From a virus, in IMG/VR virus record IMGVR_UViG_3300045942_000027, positions 1 through 40,732 of that record: a stretch of DNA of 40,732 bases; one strand, 5' to 3'. The notes beneath the pieces are model-generated. The model saw nothing but the letters and a program-made list of their open reading frames with translations, was not told the DNA's origin and did not search any database. Position 1 is the stretch's first letter, and each line of letters begins with the position of its first letter. This document shows positions 1 through 8,348 of the stretch, piece after piece. Both the position numbers and the translations under genes were made by a program.

Positions 1-127
1 ATGAACGGCGTCAACAACTACCTCGGTGCATTCGATGAAAAAGCCGACGCCATCAGGGCGCGCAAGAAATCGGAAATTGAAAACGGTTTTCACCCAAACC
101 ATGGGCGCGCCGCCTGATCGCCCCCCC
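1..127. repeat. Terminal overlap, identical to 40606..40732
   Basis: Exact 127-nt identity read directly (atgaacggcgtcaacaac...gatcgccccccc). Bases 1..117 duplicate the 3' end of the HNH-AP2 gene at 40201..40722. Confidence 0.95.
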
Positions 128-132
128 CCCCC
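121..132. repeat. C12 homopolymer tract just after the HNH-AP2 stop codon
   Basis: Twelve consecutive C at 121..132. The right-end copy is cut off after 7 C by the contig end. Confidence 0.9.
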
Positions 133-177
133 AATTCGATCTAGCCCGCACGGTCGGGCATCAACGGAGATACGCAG

Positions 178-348
178 ATGTTCAATCGAAAGCGCAATGC
201 AGCAAGCTGGCAGGAAGACGCCGCCCTGTACGCACAATGGGCTCGCGAAGCTTTGCTTAATGGCAAAATTCAGCAGGCAACTTCAGATCAAAAGCTTGCG
301 GCCTATTACGCCCAGCTTGCCCGCGACGAGATGAACATCGCCGCCTGA
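178..348 (+). CDS. Small hypothetical protein (56 aa, below the ORF-track cutoff)
   Basis: ATG at 178 preceded by GGAGA (165..169) at 8-nt spacing. Open to TGA 346..348. Helical-looking sequence MFNRKRNAASWQEDAALYAQWAREALL... Confidence 0.4.
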   Translation: MFNRKRNAASWQEDAALYAQWAREALLNGKIQQATSDQKLAAYYAQLARDEMNIAA

Positions 349-394
349 CCAATCCCCTTCCGGCGCAATCCAATTCGATCTCAACCAACTGAGG

Positions 395-715
395 ATGAGT
401 AACATGTCAGAGACAGTGAAGCATACGCCCGGACCGTGGATGTCTCGTCCACACTGGAGAGATAATGCACGCTTCGAAGTATACCCTGACAGAAAGGTTA
501 GCTTTGGAGATCCTGCTGAGATCGCAGTGGTTTCAGGTCATTATGCGGATAATGTTGAAGTCGAGATCGCAGAGGCAAAAGCCAATGCCGACCTGATCTC
601 TGCGGCGCCTGATCTCTTGGATGCGCTTAAGGACGCACGGTACGCCCTATACGGTAATGGGCCCGCCAACCCGAAGATTGACGCCGCCATCGCCAAAGCG
701 GAGGGCCGGTCATGA
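395..715 (+). CDS. Hypothetical early protein (HTPGPW ... ISAAPDLLDALK motifs)
   Basis: ORF track. The ATG at 404 has better SD spacing (GAGG 391..394). Its stop overlaps the next start (ATGA at 712). Confidence 0.6.
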   Translation: MSNMSETVKHTPGPWMSRPHWRDNARFEVYPDRKVSFGDPAEIAVVSGHYADNVEVEIAEAKANADLISAAPDLLDALKDARYALYGNGPANPKIDAAIAKAEGRS

Positions 716-1080
716 CCTCACCCGCTTACACAATCGGAAAAGACGAACTGCTTCTGATCACGACGCGCTGGAGCGATGGCTCGACCGTGATGCTCGAAAC
801 TGAGATGCGACCTTACAAGGCTGCGGAGATCCAGGCGCTCATTGACGAGACCGTTTCCGAGAAGTGCACGGTGATCGATGTCGAGGCATACGACCGCGTC
901 AAGAAGTGCGGCATGTCGATCGCAGAAGACTTCGACGTTCGTTCCTTTGCCGAGCGCGAAGAAGACCGGCGCGAACAGGAATACGAGGAAGAGCTTCGTT
1001 ACCCTCGCGTCTACAACGCCCGTCGTCTTCCCGCAGGCAACCTCACACACGCGGTGCAGGGTTTAGGAGCGGGGGTATGA
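712..1080 (+). CDS. Hypothetical early protein, acidic C-terminus
   Basis: ORF track. ATGA coupling at both ends. Confidence 0.6.
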   Translation: MTSPAYTIGKDELLLITTRWSDGSTVMLETEMRPYKAAEIQALIDETVSEKCTVIDVEAYDRVKKCGMSIAEDFDVRSFAEREEDRREQEYEEELRYPRVYNARRLPAGNLTHAVQGLGAGV

Positions 1081-1376
1081 GCATTCATAGCCGGCAGGAC
1101 TGGATTGATACAGCTCGAGCTATCGTGCCTCGTTTGCCCAATTACATGGCAAGCATAAGCGGCCAAGTTGACCCCGACATGGTCGAGGCAGAGCTTTCGC
1201 GGCTTCTTACGGCTGAAGACTGGGAAGGTCTTCGCAAACGCTTTCACGAAATTTGGTGGTGGCTCCCGGACAGAGCCGACATTCGTCGACATCCATTCGG
1301 CTCTCTTTGCGACCTGTGTTCCGAAGACTGGGCTTTGAACGAAGCGCCCTCCCACCGGGCATCAAACAAGGGATAG
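1077..1376 (+). CDS. Hypothetical early protein (99 aa)
   Basis: Internal ATG of ORF 864..1376 that overlaps the upstream stop as ATGA (1077..1080). The longer form would overlap the 712..1080 gene. Confidence 0.55.
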   Translation: MSIHSRQDWIDTARAIVPRLPNYMASISGQVDPDMVEAELSRLLTAEDWEGLRKRFHEIWWWLPDRADIRRHPFGSLCDLCSEDWALNEAPSHRASNKG

Positions 1377-1380
1377 GGAA

Positions 1381-1734
1381 ATGGACCAGATAACGCGTGA
1401 CGCGCTGGAATCTTCAATCAAGCACTGGCAGGAAAATGTCGCTGTCACCTCATTCGGGCAGGCAACGATTGGTCCTCATGACTGCGCACTTTGCAACCTC
1501 TTCAATGTCTATGAAGATAAGCTTGAAGAACGCAACTGCATTGGTTGCCCAGTCCGTAAGGCAACAGGCCAGAGGTACTGTTGTGGGAGCCCCTTCGAAA
1601 AGGTGTGTAGCGCCCACCGGGCCTTTCAGGGTGATGACGCCAATCTTCAAGAATTCAGAGACGCGGCGCAAGCCGAGCTTGATTTCCTGATCTCGCTTCG
1701 CCCCGCCGAAGCCTCCCCCTCCACCCCCTCGTAA
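1381..1734 (+). CDS. Cys-rich hypothetical protein (117 aa)
   Basis: ORF track. Contains CxxC and CxxC...CC patterns. Starts 5 nt after the previous stop. Confidence 0.6.
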   Translation: MDQITRDALESSIKHWQENVAVTSFGQATIGPHDCALCNLFNVYEDKLEERNCIGCPVRKATGQRYCCGSPFEKVCSAHRAFQGDDANLQEFRDAAQAELDFLISLRPAEASPSTPS

Positions 1735-1757
1735 CCTCAGCACAGCGGGATGAGAAG

Positions 1758-1877
1758 ATGCTCGATGAAATCCCAAACGCAGAAGAGCCGAAGACGATTG
1801 CTGGCCGATTTTTCCGATGGTTGCTCATCTGGATTTTCATACTCGGAAACATGCTCTTCGTCAGGCCCGATCGATAA
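1758..1877 (+). CDS. Possible 39-aa membrane peptide
   Basis: ATG 1758 to TAA 1875..1877 in an otherwise empty 155-bp gap. Hydrophobic core FFRWLLIWIFILGNMLFV. Weak SD. Confidence 0.3.
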   Translation: MLDEIPNAEEPKTIAGRFFRWLLIWIFILGNMLFVRPDR

Positions 1878-1889
1878 CCCACCCCGGCT

Positions 1890-2198
1890 TTGTCCGATAC
1901 CCGCATGAAGGGGAAGACTATGGCAGATAGCAAGAACATTGATGATGGCGGCTTCGCCTTTCCTGCGACGGCATCAACCTACGGCTTGAATGGCATGACA
2001 ATGCGCCAGTGGTTCGCGACACACGCTCCAGAGCCAAGCCCGGAAGATGTCAGATTCGAAATGGATCGGGACGTTAGCCGGAACCCACACAACGATTACC
2101 ACAAGCCAGCGCGGCGTGGGAGGCTGCAGATCATTGCCGACCTCAAGTTCGCCTATGCCGACGCCATGATCGCGGCATCTCGTGGAGGCCGCTCGTGA
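1890..2198 (+). CDS. Hypothetical early protein
   Basis: ORF track. Alternative start at ATG 1920 (MADSKN). Stop overlaps the next start. Confidence 0.55.
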   Translation: MSDTRMKGKTMADSKNIDDGGFAFPATASTYGLNGMTMRQWFATHAPEPSPEDVRFEMDRDVSRNPHNDYHKPARRGRLQIIADLKFAYADAMIAASRGGRS

Positions 2199-2431
2199 TG
2201 GACGCTTTCACCACACCAGAGGCAGAGCTTCACGACGAGATCGTGGTTGACCTGCACTCGCTCAACAAGCGCCAAGAGCGGATTGCCGCCAAGCTTAGGA
2301 AAGCCGAGCGCGTCGAACTCGTAACGATGATTCTCATGTGCTGCGCCCTGATGGCCGGCGGCTGCCTGGCGCTGGAACGCACTCTCTCAATTCAGGCGAA
2401 GCAACATCAGGAGGTACTTGCCAAATGGTAG
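2195..2431 (+). CDS. Small membrane protein (one TM segment)
   Basis: ORF track. TM-like segment LVTMILMCCALMAGGCLAL. GTGATG overlap with the upstream stop. Confidence 0.55.
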   Translation: MMDAFTTPEAELHDEIVVDLHSLNKRQERIAAKLRKAERVELVTMILMCCALMAGGCLALERTLSIQAKQHQEVLAKW

Positions 2432-2634
2432 ACCCTTGGGACGCGCATTTCAATGGTGCAGTTGCTGCGAGACACTTGGCCATCCAGTGCCGAGCCGACG
2501 CGGCTAATGAAACTGATGCCGTCTACCGCGCAAAACTTCTTTCCGAAGCCGAGCGCCACGACGATCGTGCTGAATGGTACGAAGATTGGTGCATTCGCCA
2601 CATGCCCGCGACCGAAATGGAATACGCGGCATGA
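2425..2634 (+). CDS. Hypothetical protein (69 aa)
   Basis: Internal ATG (2425) of ORF 2338..2634, overlapping the upstream stop. The downstream gene is ATGA-coupled. Confidence 0.45.
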   Translation: MVDPWDAHFNGAVAARHLAIQCRADAANETDAVYRAKLLSEAERHDDRAEWYEDWCIRHMPATEMEYAA

Positions 2635-2843
2635 CGCCGACATTTTGCCACGACTGCGAGCATGTCTCTGACGAAACGCGGAAGCGTAGCCCGCACGGAT
2701 GGCTTTGCCTGAAACACAAACGGCTTGAGGGCCAAGGTTTCGTTCACCCCGACTACTGGTCGAACGAGGAGCCTTACCTTCGCTGCAAGGACGTTAACGG
2801 TGGGCTCTGCCCGCTCTTCGAAAAACGTAGGGAGAATAACTGA
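2631..2843 (+). CDS. Cys-rich small protein (70 aa), possible zinc binder
   Basis: Internal ATG 2631 forming an ATGA overlap. Contains a CHDC...C...C...C pattern. Confidence 0.5.
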   Translation: MTPTFCHDCEHVSDETRKRSPHGWLCLKHKRLEGQGFVHPDYWSNEEPYLRCKDVNGGLCPLFEKRRENN

Positions 2844-3466
2844 TGGCTGACATCAAAAATATCCACCAGCGCCTCGCTGCTGTGATGGAGGAAGTCGATT
2901 ACATTCAGAAGGAACGCAAGCAGGGTATGAACTATACCATCGTCTCCCACGATGCGGTGACTGCCAAGGTTCGTCCGGTCCTACTGAAAAACGGCATTGT
3001 CTACTATCCAGTACGCTGCGAGCACATCCATAACGGCAACCGCGCTGAATGCTCGCTGACGGTCCGTTTCGTCAATGTCGATCAGCCCACCGATTTCTTC
3101 GATGTTCCGACGTTCGGCTATGGCATCGACCCGCAGGACAAAGGCCCAGGAAAGGCAATGTCGTATGCCGTCAAGTATGCGCTCCTGAAAGCCCTTGGTC
3201 TTGAGACCGGAGACGACCCGGACACGGAAAGCATCAATCACTCGACCGCCGATCCTCACGTCCCACCTTTCAACCCACGCGCGGCTGCTGACAGGATCAT
3301 CAAGCGCGTCAAGGCCGCTGAATCCCTCTCTTCCCTTTCATCGGTATGGGGCGAGGAAGCCTCCATAATCAAAAGGGTCGGCGGGGCAGATCCAGCAATC
3401 GAAGCGGAGATCATCAAAGCTAAAGATGACCGCAAGGCGCAATTCACACAAAACGAGGCGGCATAA
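2843..3466 (+). CDS. erf: ERF-family single-strand annealing recombinase
   Basis: Motifs GKAMSYAVKYALLKALGLETGDDPD and the N-terminal IHQRLAAVMEEV..IQKE are typical of ERF. Sits directly upstream of SSB. Confidence 0.85.
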   Translation: MADIKNIHQRLAAVMEEVDYIQKERKQGMNYTIVSHDAVTAKVRPVLLKNGIVYYPVRCEHIHNGNRAECSLTVRFVNVDQPTDFFDVPTFGYGIDPQDKGPGKAMSYAVKYALLKALGLETGDDPDTESINHSTADPHVPPFNPRAAADRIIKRVKAAESLSSLSSVWGEEASIIKRVGGADPAIEAEIIKAKDDRKAQFTQNEAA

Positions 3467-3856
3467 ATGCAGACGCTCATCATCGCCGGCAATGTCGGCA
3501 AGGACGCAGTTCTTCGACGTACACAAGGTGGGGAGCCGGTTCTTGGTTTCTCCATCGCCGTGGACAACGGCAAGGACGCCAACGGCAACGATCGCCCCTC
3601 GACATGGTATGACTGCGCAGTCTGGGGAAAGCGCGCCGAAGGTCTAGCCAAGCACATCGTCAAGGGCTCAAAGCTCACGGTTCAAGGTCGCCCGACTGCC
3701 CGGGTGCACGAAGACAAGGCATATCTCGGCGTCAACGTCGATAACCTGACGTTCATGGGCGGACCGAAGGCGCAACAGCAGCGCCAGGAAGAGCCGGAAC
3801 GGGACAGCTACGGCAATAACTTCAGCGACGATCTAAACGATTCCGTTCCCTTCTGA
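3467..3856 (+). CDS. ssb: Single-stranded DNA-binding protein
   Basis: OB-fold N-terminus (MQTLIIAGNVGKDAVLRRTQGGEPVLGFSIAV...WYDCAVWGKRAE), a Q-rich linker and an acidic tip DDLNDSVPF. Confidence 0.9.
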   Translation: MQTLIIAGNVGKDAVLRRTQGGEPVLGFSIAVDNGKDANGNDRPSTWYDCAVWGKRAEGLAKHIVKGSKLTVQGRPTARVHEDKAYLGVNVDNLTFMGGPKAQQQRQEEPERDSYGNNFSDDLNDSVPF

Positions 3857-3864
3857 GGTTTGCC

Positions 3865-4278
3865 ATGAAGAACGAGAAGCCGCCGATATATCTTCTGCGC
3901 CGTGGCGATAGCCTGATCGGAGAAATGGAGACGGACCGGGAATGGGTTCGCCAGATCCCATACAGCGAGCGCATCAAGGTTGACCTTCGCACTGGCCGCT
4001 CTCCAAAGCGACTTCGGTTCTATTGGGCATTTCTCGGAAAGGTCGTGAAGGCAACCGAATGCGCCCCGACCGCCGAAAGTCTGCACGAGTTGGTGAAACT
4101 GGAAACTGGCTTCACCACCCCAATCAAGGTCAAAGGCTACACGGTTCTGGTCCCGGCGAGCATTTCGTTTGGCTCAATGCAAGAGCCAGAGTTTGAGCAA
4201 TTTCTTGAAAACGCCATCCGTTACATTGCCGACACGTTCGGCGTGACTCCTGAGATGGCCTTTGCGGAGGCAGCATGA
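3865..4278 (+). CDS. Hypothetical protein, DUF1367-like by recollection
   Basis: ORF track. SD GAGG 7 nt upstream. The RSPKRLRFYWAFLGKVV pattern resembles recombination-associated lambdoid proteins. Family assignment unverified. Confidence 0.5.
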   Translation: MKNEKPPIYLLRRGDSLIGEMETDREWVRQIPYSERIKVDLRTGRSPKRLRFYWAFLGKVVKATECAPTAESLHELVKLETGFTTPIKVKGYTVLVPASISFGSMQEPEFEQFLENAIRYIADTFGVTPEMAFAEAA

Positions 4279-4433
4279 TGAATTCCGTTCGCAAGCATAT
4301 CCTGAAATATCCCAACGCCCGCACTTCAAGCCTTCAGTATCTCGCCAAGCGAGATGAAATGACCGAGGCGCTAAAGCGGTACGTCGATGCAAAGACGCCC
4401 TGGTGGAAGAAGCTGCTGCGGAGGTTCGTGTGA
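4275..4433 (+). CDS. Small hypothetical protein (52 aa, below the ORF-track cutoff)
   Basis: ATGA overlap with the upstream stop (4275..4278) and TGATG overlap with the downstream start (4431..4435). Confidence 0.4.
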   Translation: MMNSVRKHILKYPNARTSSLQYLAKRDEMTEALKRYVDAKTPWWKKLLRRFV

Positions 4434-4825
4434 TGGCCAGACGCGAGTTCACTAAGTCCGTATACGCCCAGATCGTGAAGCGCGCCTTGCATCCGAAGCA
4501 TGGCATATGCTGCGAAGGCTGCGGCTTGGTGCTTGGCAAGAAGCCATATCACGTTGATCACACTGTCCCCGATGCGCTGCAGATCGACAAGAGCCGCAAG
4601 CTGACGGCAGACGATGGCAAGCTGCTCGGCGTCGAATGCTGCCATAAGCCAAAGACGCAAGTTGATGTTGCCGTGATCGCGCAGGCCAAGCGCCGGGAAG
4701 AGAAGTTCCTCGGAATGCGCCGCCCGAAGCAGACGATCAAGTCTCCCGGCTTCCCCAAATCAGAAAAGCCGAAGAAGGAAATCGTCTTCCGGCCCTGCAC
4801 CTTTTACCGCGAGGATCAGAGATGA
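4433..4825 (+). CDS. HNH endonuclease
   Basis: CCEGCG...HVDHTVPDAL...CCHKPKT is a zinc-finger HNH signature. Start chosen at the internal ATG coupled to the upstream ORF. Confidence 0.8.
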   Translation: MARREFTKSVYAQIVKRALHPKHGICCEGCGLVLGKKPYHVDHTVPDALQIDKSRKLTADDGKLLGVECCHKPKTQVDVAVIAQAKRREEKFLGMRRPKQTIKSPGFPKSEKPKKEIVFRPCTFYREDQR

Positions 4826-5196
4826 GCATAGAAGCAATCAAGAAGGCGCTGAAGAAGGTCTACATTGGGGAGTGGTATATCTCTGGTGTGAAAACGAATG
4901 GCTTGAGCGTTGTCCACAATGCCGCTGATAGCAGCATGTTCGGGATTACGGCGGAGACTTTTGAAGCTGAATACATCTGCGCCGCAAACCCATTCGCTGT
5001 CACCGACCTCATTTCCGAGATCGACCGGTTGCAGCGCGAGAACGAGGCTCTCCGCGAGGCTTTAACCCCTTTCAGTCGTGTTGCCGATATGAGCAACAAA
5101 TTTCCTTCAGGCGGAACTGTCGGCGTAAACGTTGATCGTTGCCGTGATGCCCGCAAAGCCCTCGCCAGCACAGGAGGCGACCACCATGGTAACTGA
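4822..5196 (+). CDS. Hypothetical protein with a coiled-coil segment
   Basis: ORF track. ATGA coupling at 4822. Confidence 0.55.
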   Translation: MSIEAIKKALKKVYIGEWYISGVKTNGLSVVHNAADSSMFGITAETFEAEYICAANPFAVTDLISEIDRLQRENEALREALTPFSRVADMSNKFPSGGTVGVNVDRCRDARKALASTGGDHHGN

Positions 5197-6106
5197 GACC
5201 GATCGCAACAAGGCACGTTCCGCAGTCGTGGTGGCTTATCACGCTCTCGATTGCGTTACGATCCCGTTTTCATTCCTGCATGCGTTTGCAGACGCGGCGG
5301 TTGACGCAGTATCGACTGACGCGGGGCCGGTGGGAGAGCCGCTAGAATTGCCGTACAAAAATTGGCGTGGCGAAATTTCCACGCGCAAAATTCAGCCTGT
5401 CCGGCTCGAATTCGGCGCGACAGAATGGCACCCGGAACCGCAATGGCTATTAGTCGCCACTGACATCGAGAAAAACGCAGAGCGATCATTTGCGCTGAAG
5501 GACTTCAACCCGCAACAGACCGCGCCAGCCGTCGCGGTGAAGGAACTGAGCTGGAAAGGGCCGGATAGCAGCGGCGAATATCATTCGCTTGACGGCCTCT
5601 GGGGCTACATCATCCGAGCGGAGAGTGTCGGTGGATTTTGGTTGACCGAAATCGGCAGGTATTTTCGCTCGCCGAAGGCCGCTCAGGCCGCCGCCCAAGC
5701 CGACTACGAGGCCCGCATTCGCTCCGCCCTCTCCGCACAGGTGCAGGACGTGGCGGGGAACGAAGACCTTGATGAGAACGCTCTTTCTCTCGCGGCTCAA
5801 GCATACCAACGCAAGTTCCAAGATATGTTGGGCCCCGCGCCAACAGAAGAACCAAAAGCTGGCGACGGTCCTCTTGGCTATGCAATCCGAGCCTATCTGT
5901 CTTCCGTCTCTGTAAAGGTGCAGGACTCGGATGTGCTCGAAAGCAATCCTGAAACGCTTCGCTGGTGGTGCCAACAGTTGCTCGACATCATCGAGAACTA
6001 TGACATCTCGCACGATGCCCCTGAGGAAGAGATTGCTCTCCTGAACGATATCAGAGCGGCGGTTGATCCCGCCTCCCCCGCCTCCAAGCATGGAGATGCA
6101 GAATGA
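5186..6106 (+). CDS. Hypothetical early protein (306 aa) carrying an AAAQADYEARIRSAL module
   Basis: ATG 5186 preceded by AGGAGG (5172..5177). The ORF-track start at 5132 lacks an SD. Shares a module with the minus-strand gene 35355..35720. Confidence 0.6.
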   Translation: MVTETDRNKARSAVVVAYHALDCVTIPFSFLHAFADAAVDAVSTDAGPVGEPLELPYKNWRGEISTRKIQPVRLEFGATEWHPEPQWLLVATDIEKNAERSFALKDFNPQQTAPAVAVKELSWKGPDSSGEYHSLDGLWGYIIRAESVGGFWLTEIGRYFRSPKAAQAAAQADYEARIRSALSAQVQDVAGNEDLDENALSLAAQAYQRKFQDMLGPAPTEEPKAGDGPLGYAIRAYLSSVSVKVQDSDVLESNPETLRWWCQQLLDIIENYDISHDAPEEEIALLNDIRAAVDPASPASKHGDAE

Positions 6107-6576
6107 GCGATATCGTGGAACGCCTGCGTTATCTTCGTGGAAATTCGACCCATCCAGCATTCATGGTTTATTCACAGGCCGCCGACGAGATCACCCGCCT
6201 CCGCACAGCCCTATCCGAAGCAGAGCAGCGCGCAAGGCGTGAGGCGCTGGAAGAGGCGGCAAACGCTGTCGACAATATCCCGTGCATCGGGCCATGCTAC
6301 GCTCATTATGACGCAATGTCAGCCGCCATCCGCGCCCTCATCCCATCAGAGCCTCTCAACGCTGACGGATGGGCGTTTGCCCAGGGCGATTACGTTTGTA
6401 AGAAATCAGGATCGTGGTGGGCGGGTCGCGTCGTCGGAACCTACGCTACCGAGCAAACACCGCGCGGCTATGCCGTGCAGCTGGATAAGCCGTTCGGCCC
6501 GGTGCAGATCTACCCGGAAAGCGCACTCGAACGCTTCATCCCATCAGAGCCTCATGATGCGGAGGGCCGGGAGTGA
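6103..6576 (+). CDS. Hypothetical protein with an internal IPSEP repeat
   Basis: ORF track. ATGA coupling at 6103. An 18-bp exact direct repeat lies at 6338..6355 and 6536..6553. Confidence 0.6.
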   Translation: MSDIVERLRYLRGNSTHPAFMVYSQAADEITRLRTALSEAEQRARREALEEAANAVDNIPCIGPCYAHYDAMSAAIRALIPSEPLNADGWAFAQGDYVCKKSGSWWAGRVVGTYATEQTPRGYAVQLDKPFGPVQIYPESALERFIPSEPHDAEGRE

Positions 6577-6785
6577 TGAAGCTGACCGGGAAGCAAAAGC
6601 ACGAATTGGGCCAGCTTGCTGCCCTTGGCCCTTTTGAGAGCCTTTGGTCTGGCGTCGAGCCCTACAACAGCGACGAGGATTTGTCTTTCTATCTGGCCAA
6701 TGGTCTTGTTCGGCATCGAGGCCAACGTAAAGGCTACGCCATCACCGACGCAGGCCGAGCGGCGCTTGAAAGGAGCGAGGGATGA
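6573..6785 (+). CDS. Small hypothetical protein (70 aa)
   Basis: ORF track. GTGATGA overlap with the upstream stop. Confidence 0.5.
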   Translation: MMKLTGKQKHELGQLAALGPFESLWSGVEPYNSDEDLSFYLANGLVRHRGQRKGYAITDAGRAALERSEG

Positions 6786-6958
6786 CGACACCAGCCCTTG
6801 TAAAGCAAGCTGATCTGAAAAGGGCCGCTGAAGTCGCAAACGGTTCTGGATGCAAGATTGAGATCAAAATAGGGGAAGCCGTGATTACGGTAATTCCAAG
6901 ATCAGAGATCGACTTCGAGAAATCAAAGGGAATTGACTATTCCCGTCCAGTGCTGTGA
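6782..6958 (+). CDS. Small protein (58 aa) just upstream of int, in the excisionase position; function unknown
   Basis: ATGA overlap at 6782..6785. Open to TGA 6956..6958. Below the ORF-track cutoff. Confidence 0.4.
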   Translation: MTTPALVKQADLKRAAEVANGSGCKIEIKIGEAVITVIPRSEIDFEKSKGIDYSRPVL

Positions 6959-6967
6959 CATCGCACC

Positions 6968-8053
6968 ATGCCAAAAAAGCTGTACCCACACGTCCACAAA
7001 CAAAAGACCCGCCATAAAAAGTGGGTCTTTTATTTTCGTGTCGGGAAAGGACCGCGCATACGGCTTCCAAACCCGACTGACCCAACATTCAAAGACACTT
7101 ACATGGCTGCCCTCAACGGGTCGCCGTTAAAGGTTCAAGTAGCTCATGACGGCACCTTACAATGGCTTTGGGAGAGGTATACGACCGAGAGCGCGAAGTG
7201 GGCGGGATACAGCCCCGCAACAAAGAAATACCAACAGCTGATCATGGATAAGGTGCTGGCAAGCGCCGGCAAGTCCGCTTTGAAGGTTATAACGCAAGAC
7301 GTTATCCAGGCAGGGGTTGATAAGCGCCACGAGACGCCAGCACAGGCCGGCAACTTTCTCAAAGTCATGCGAGGTTTATTTGGCTGGGCAAAGAAGATGC
7401 GCCTTGTCGCCGTAGACCCAACGCTTGGCGTCGAGCCCCCGGGCTATAAAACGGGCGGCTTTCCAGCTTGGACGATCGATGATGTCAAGGCATTCAGGGA
7501 GGTTCACAAGATCGGAACAACAGCTAGGCTGGCAATGGAATTAATGCTGCTTGCCGGCCTAAGACGCTCCGATGTGGTGAAAGCTGGGCGGCAGCACATA
7601 AATGGCCGGGTGCTTTCAATGAACACGGAAAAAACTGGCGCCAGAGTGACGGTAGAGCTTTCCGATGCGCTGATTTCGCTCATAGAAGCCACGCCACGGA
7701 AGGGCCTGCATCTGGTTGAGACCATGCATGGCAAGCCTTTCGTCAAGGAAGGATTCGGGAATTGGTTCCGGGAGAAGTGTGATGAGGCCAATGTGACAAA
7801 GTCTGCGCATGGGCTGCGAAAACTGAGCGCCACGCTGGCAGCAGAGGGAGGCGCGGCCACCCATCATTTGTTGGCGCAGTATGGCTGGACCAACATTGCA
7901 ACAGCGGAAATTTACACGAAGGGGATTGATCGTCGGCGTCTGGGCATCGAAGCAAGCCGCATCGTCGCGGACCAGATCGGGAACATAAATTCCCCTCACC
8001 CAAATTCAGGTGAGGGATTGAGTGAAAATGATAAAACGAAATCAAATACTTAA
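6968..8053 (+). CDS. int: Tyrosine recombinase (phage integrase)
   Basis: Catalytic-core motifs LAGLRRSDV (Arg), HGLRKLSAT (His-x-x-Arg) and GWTNIATAEIYTK (Tyr), with an N-terminal arm/SAM-like region. Confidence 0.9.
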   Translation: MPKKLYPHVHKQKTRHKKWVFYFRVGKGPRIRLPNPTDPTFKDTYMAALNGSPLKVQVAHDGTLQWLWERYTTESAKWAGYSPATKKYQQLIMDKVLASAGKSALKVITQDVIQAGVDKRHETPAQAGNFLKVMRGLFGWAKKMRLVAVDPTLGVEPPGYKTGGFPAWTIDDVKAFREVHKIGTTARLAMELMLLAGLRRSDVVKAGRQHINGRVLSMNTEKTGARVTVELSDALISLIEATPRKGLHLVETMHGKPFVKEGFGNWFREKCDEANVTKSAHGLRKLSATLAAEGGAATHHLLAQYGWTNIATAEIYTKGIDRRRLGIEASRIVADQIGNINSPHPNSGEGLSENDKTKSNT

Positions 8054-8330
8054 TTTTCTGATTGTGGTCCTCTCGTGGACACCAAAATTTGCCGATAGAC
8101 ACATACATAAATTATTGATTTTGCGATACTATTTTGATTTTAGCGAGAAGTAAAAACCCTCACCTATCGGCCTTTAACAGCCATTGATTCCATTGCACAT
8201 CCTGCAATCCGCCCCTCACCTTTTGATAGGTGGTGAGCAAGGGTTGACTCCCTTCCCGATCAGAACGTAATGAGAACTCGACAGGCAGCTTGGCGGCCTA
8301 TCTGTCACCGACATGCGGCGATTGAAACTC
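8054..8330. other. Probable attP region (AT-rich, non-coding, repeat-rich)
   Basis: Lies directly downstream of int. G+C visibly drops. CCCTCACC occurs at 7993, 8157 and 8213, with inverted copies at 8009..8016 and 8232..8237. The core cannot be defined without the host attB. Confidence 0.4.
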
Positions 8331-8348
8331 TGATTGAGGAGAGAAGCC

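Noticed and set aside
26-334. 102-aa plus-strand ORF at the left end
   Set aside because: It runs out of frame across the duplicated HNH-AP2 3' end and translates the C12 tract as poly-Pro. It has an Arg/Pro-rich, improbable composition. The shorter ORF at 178..348 with a proper SD fits better.
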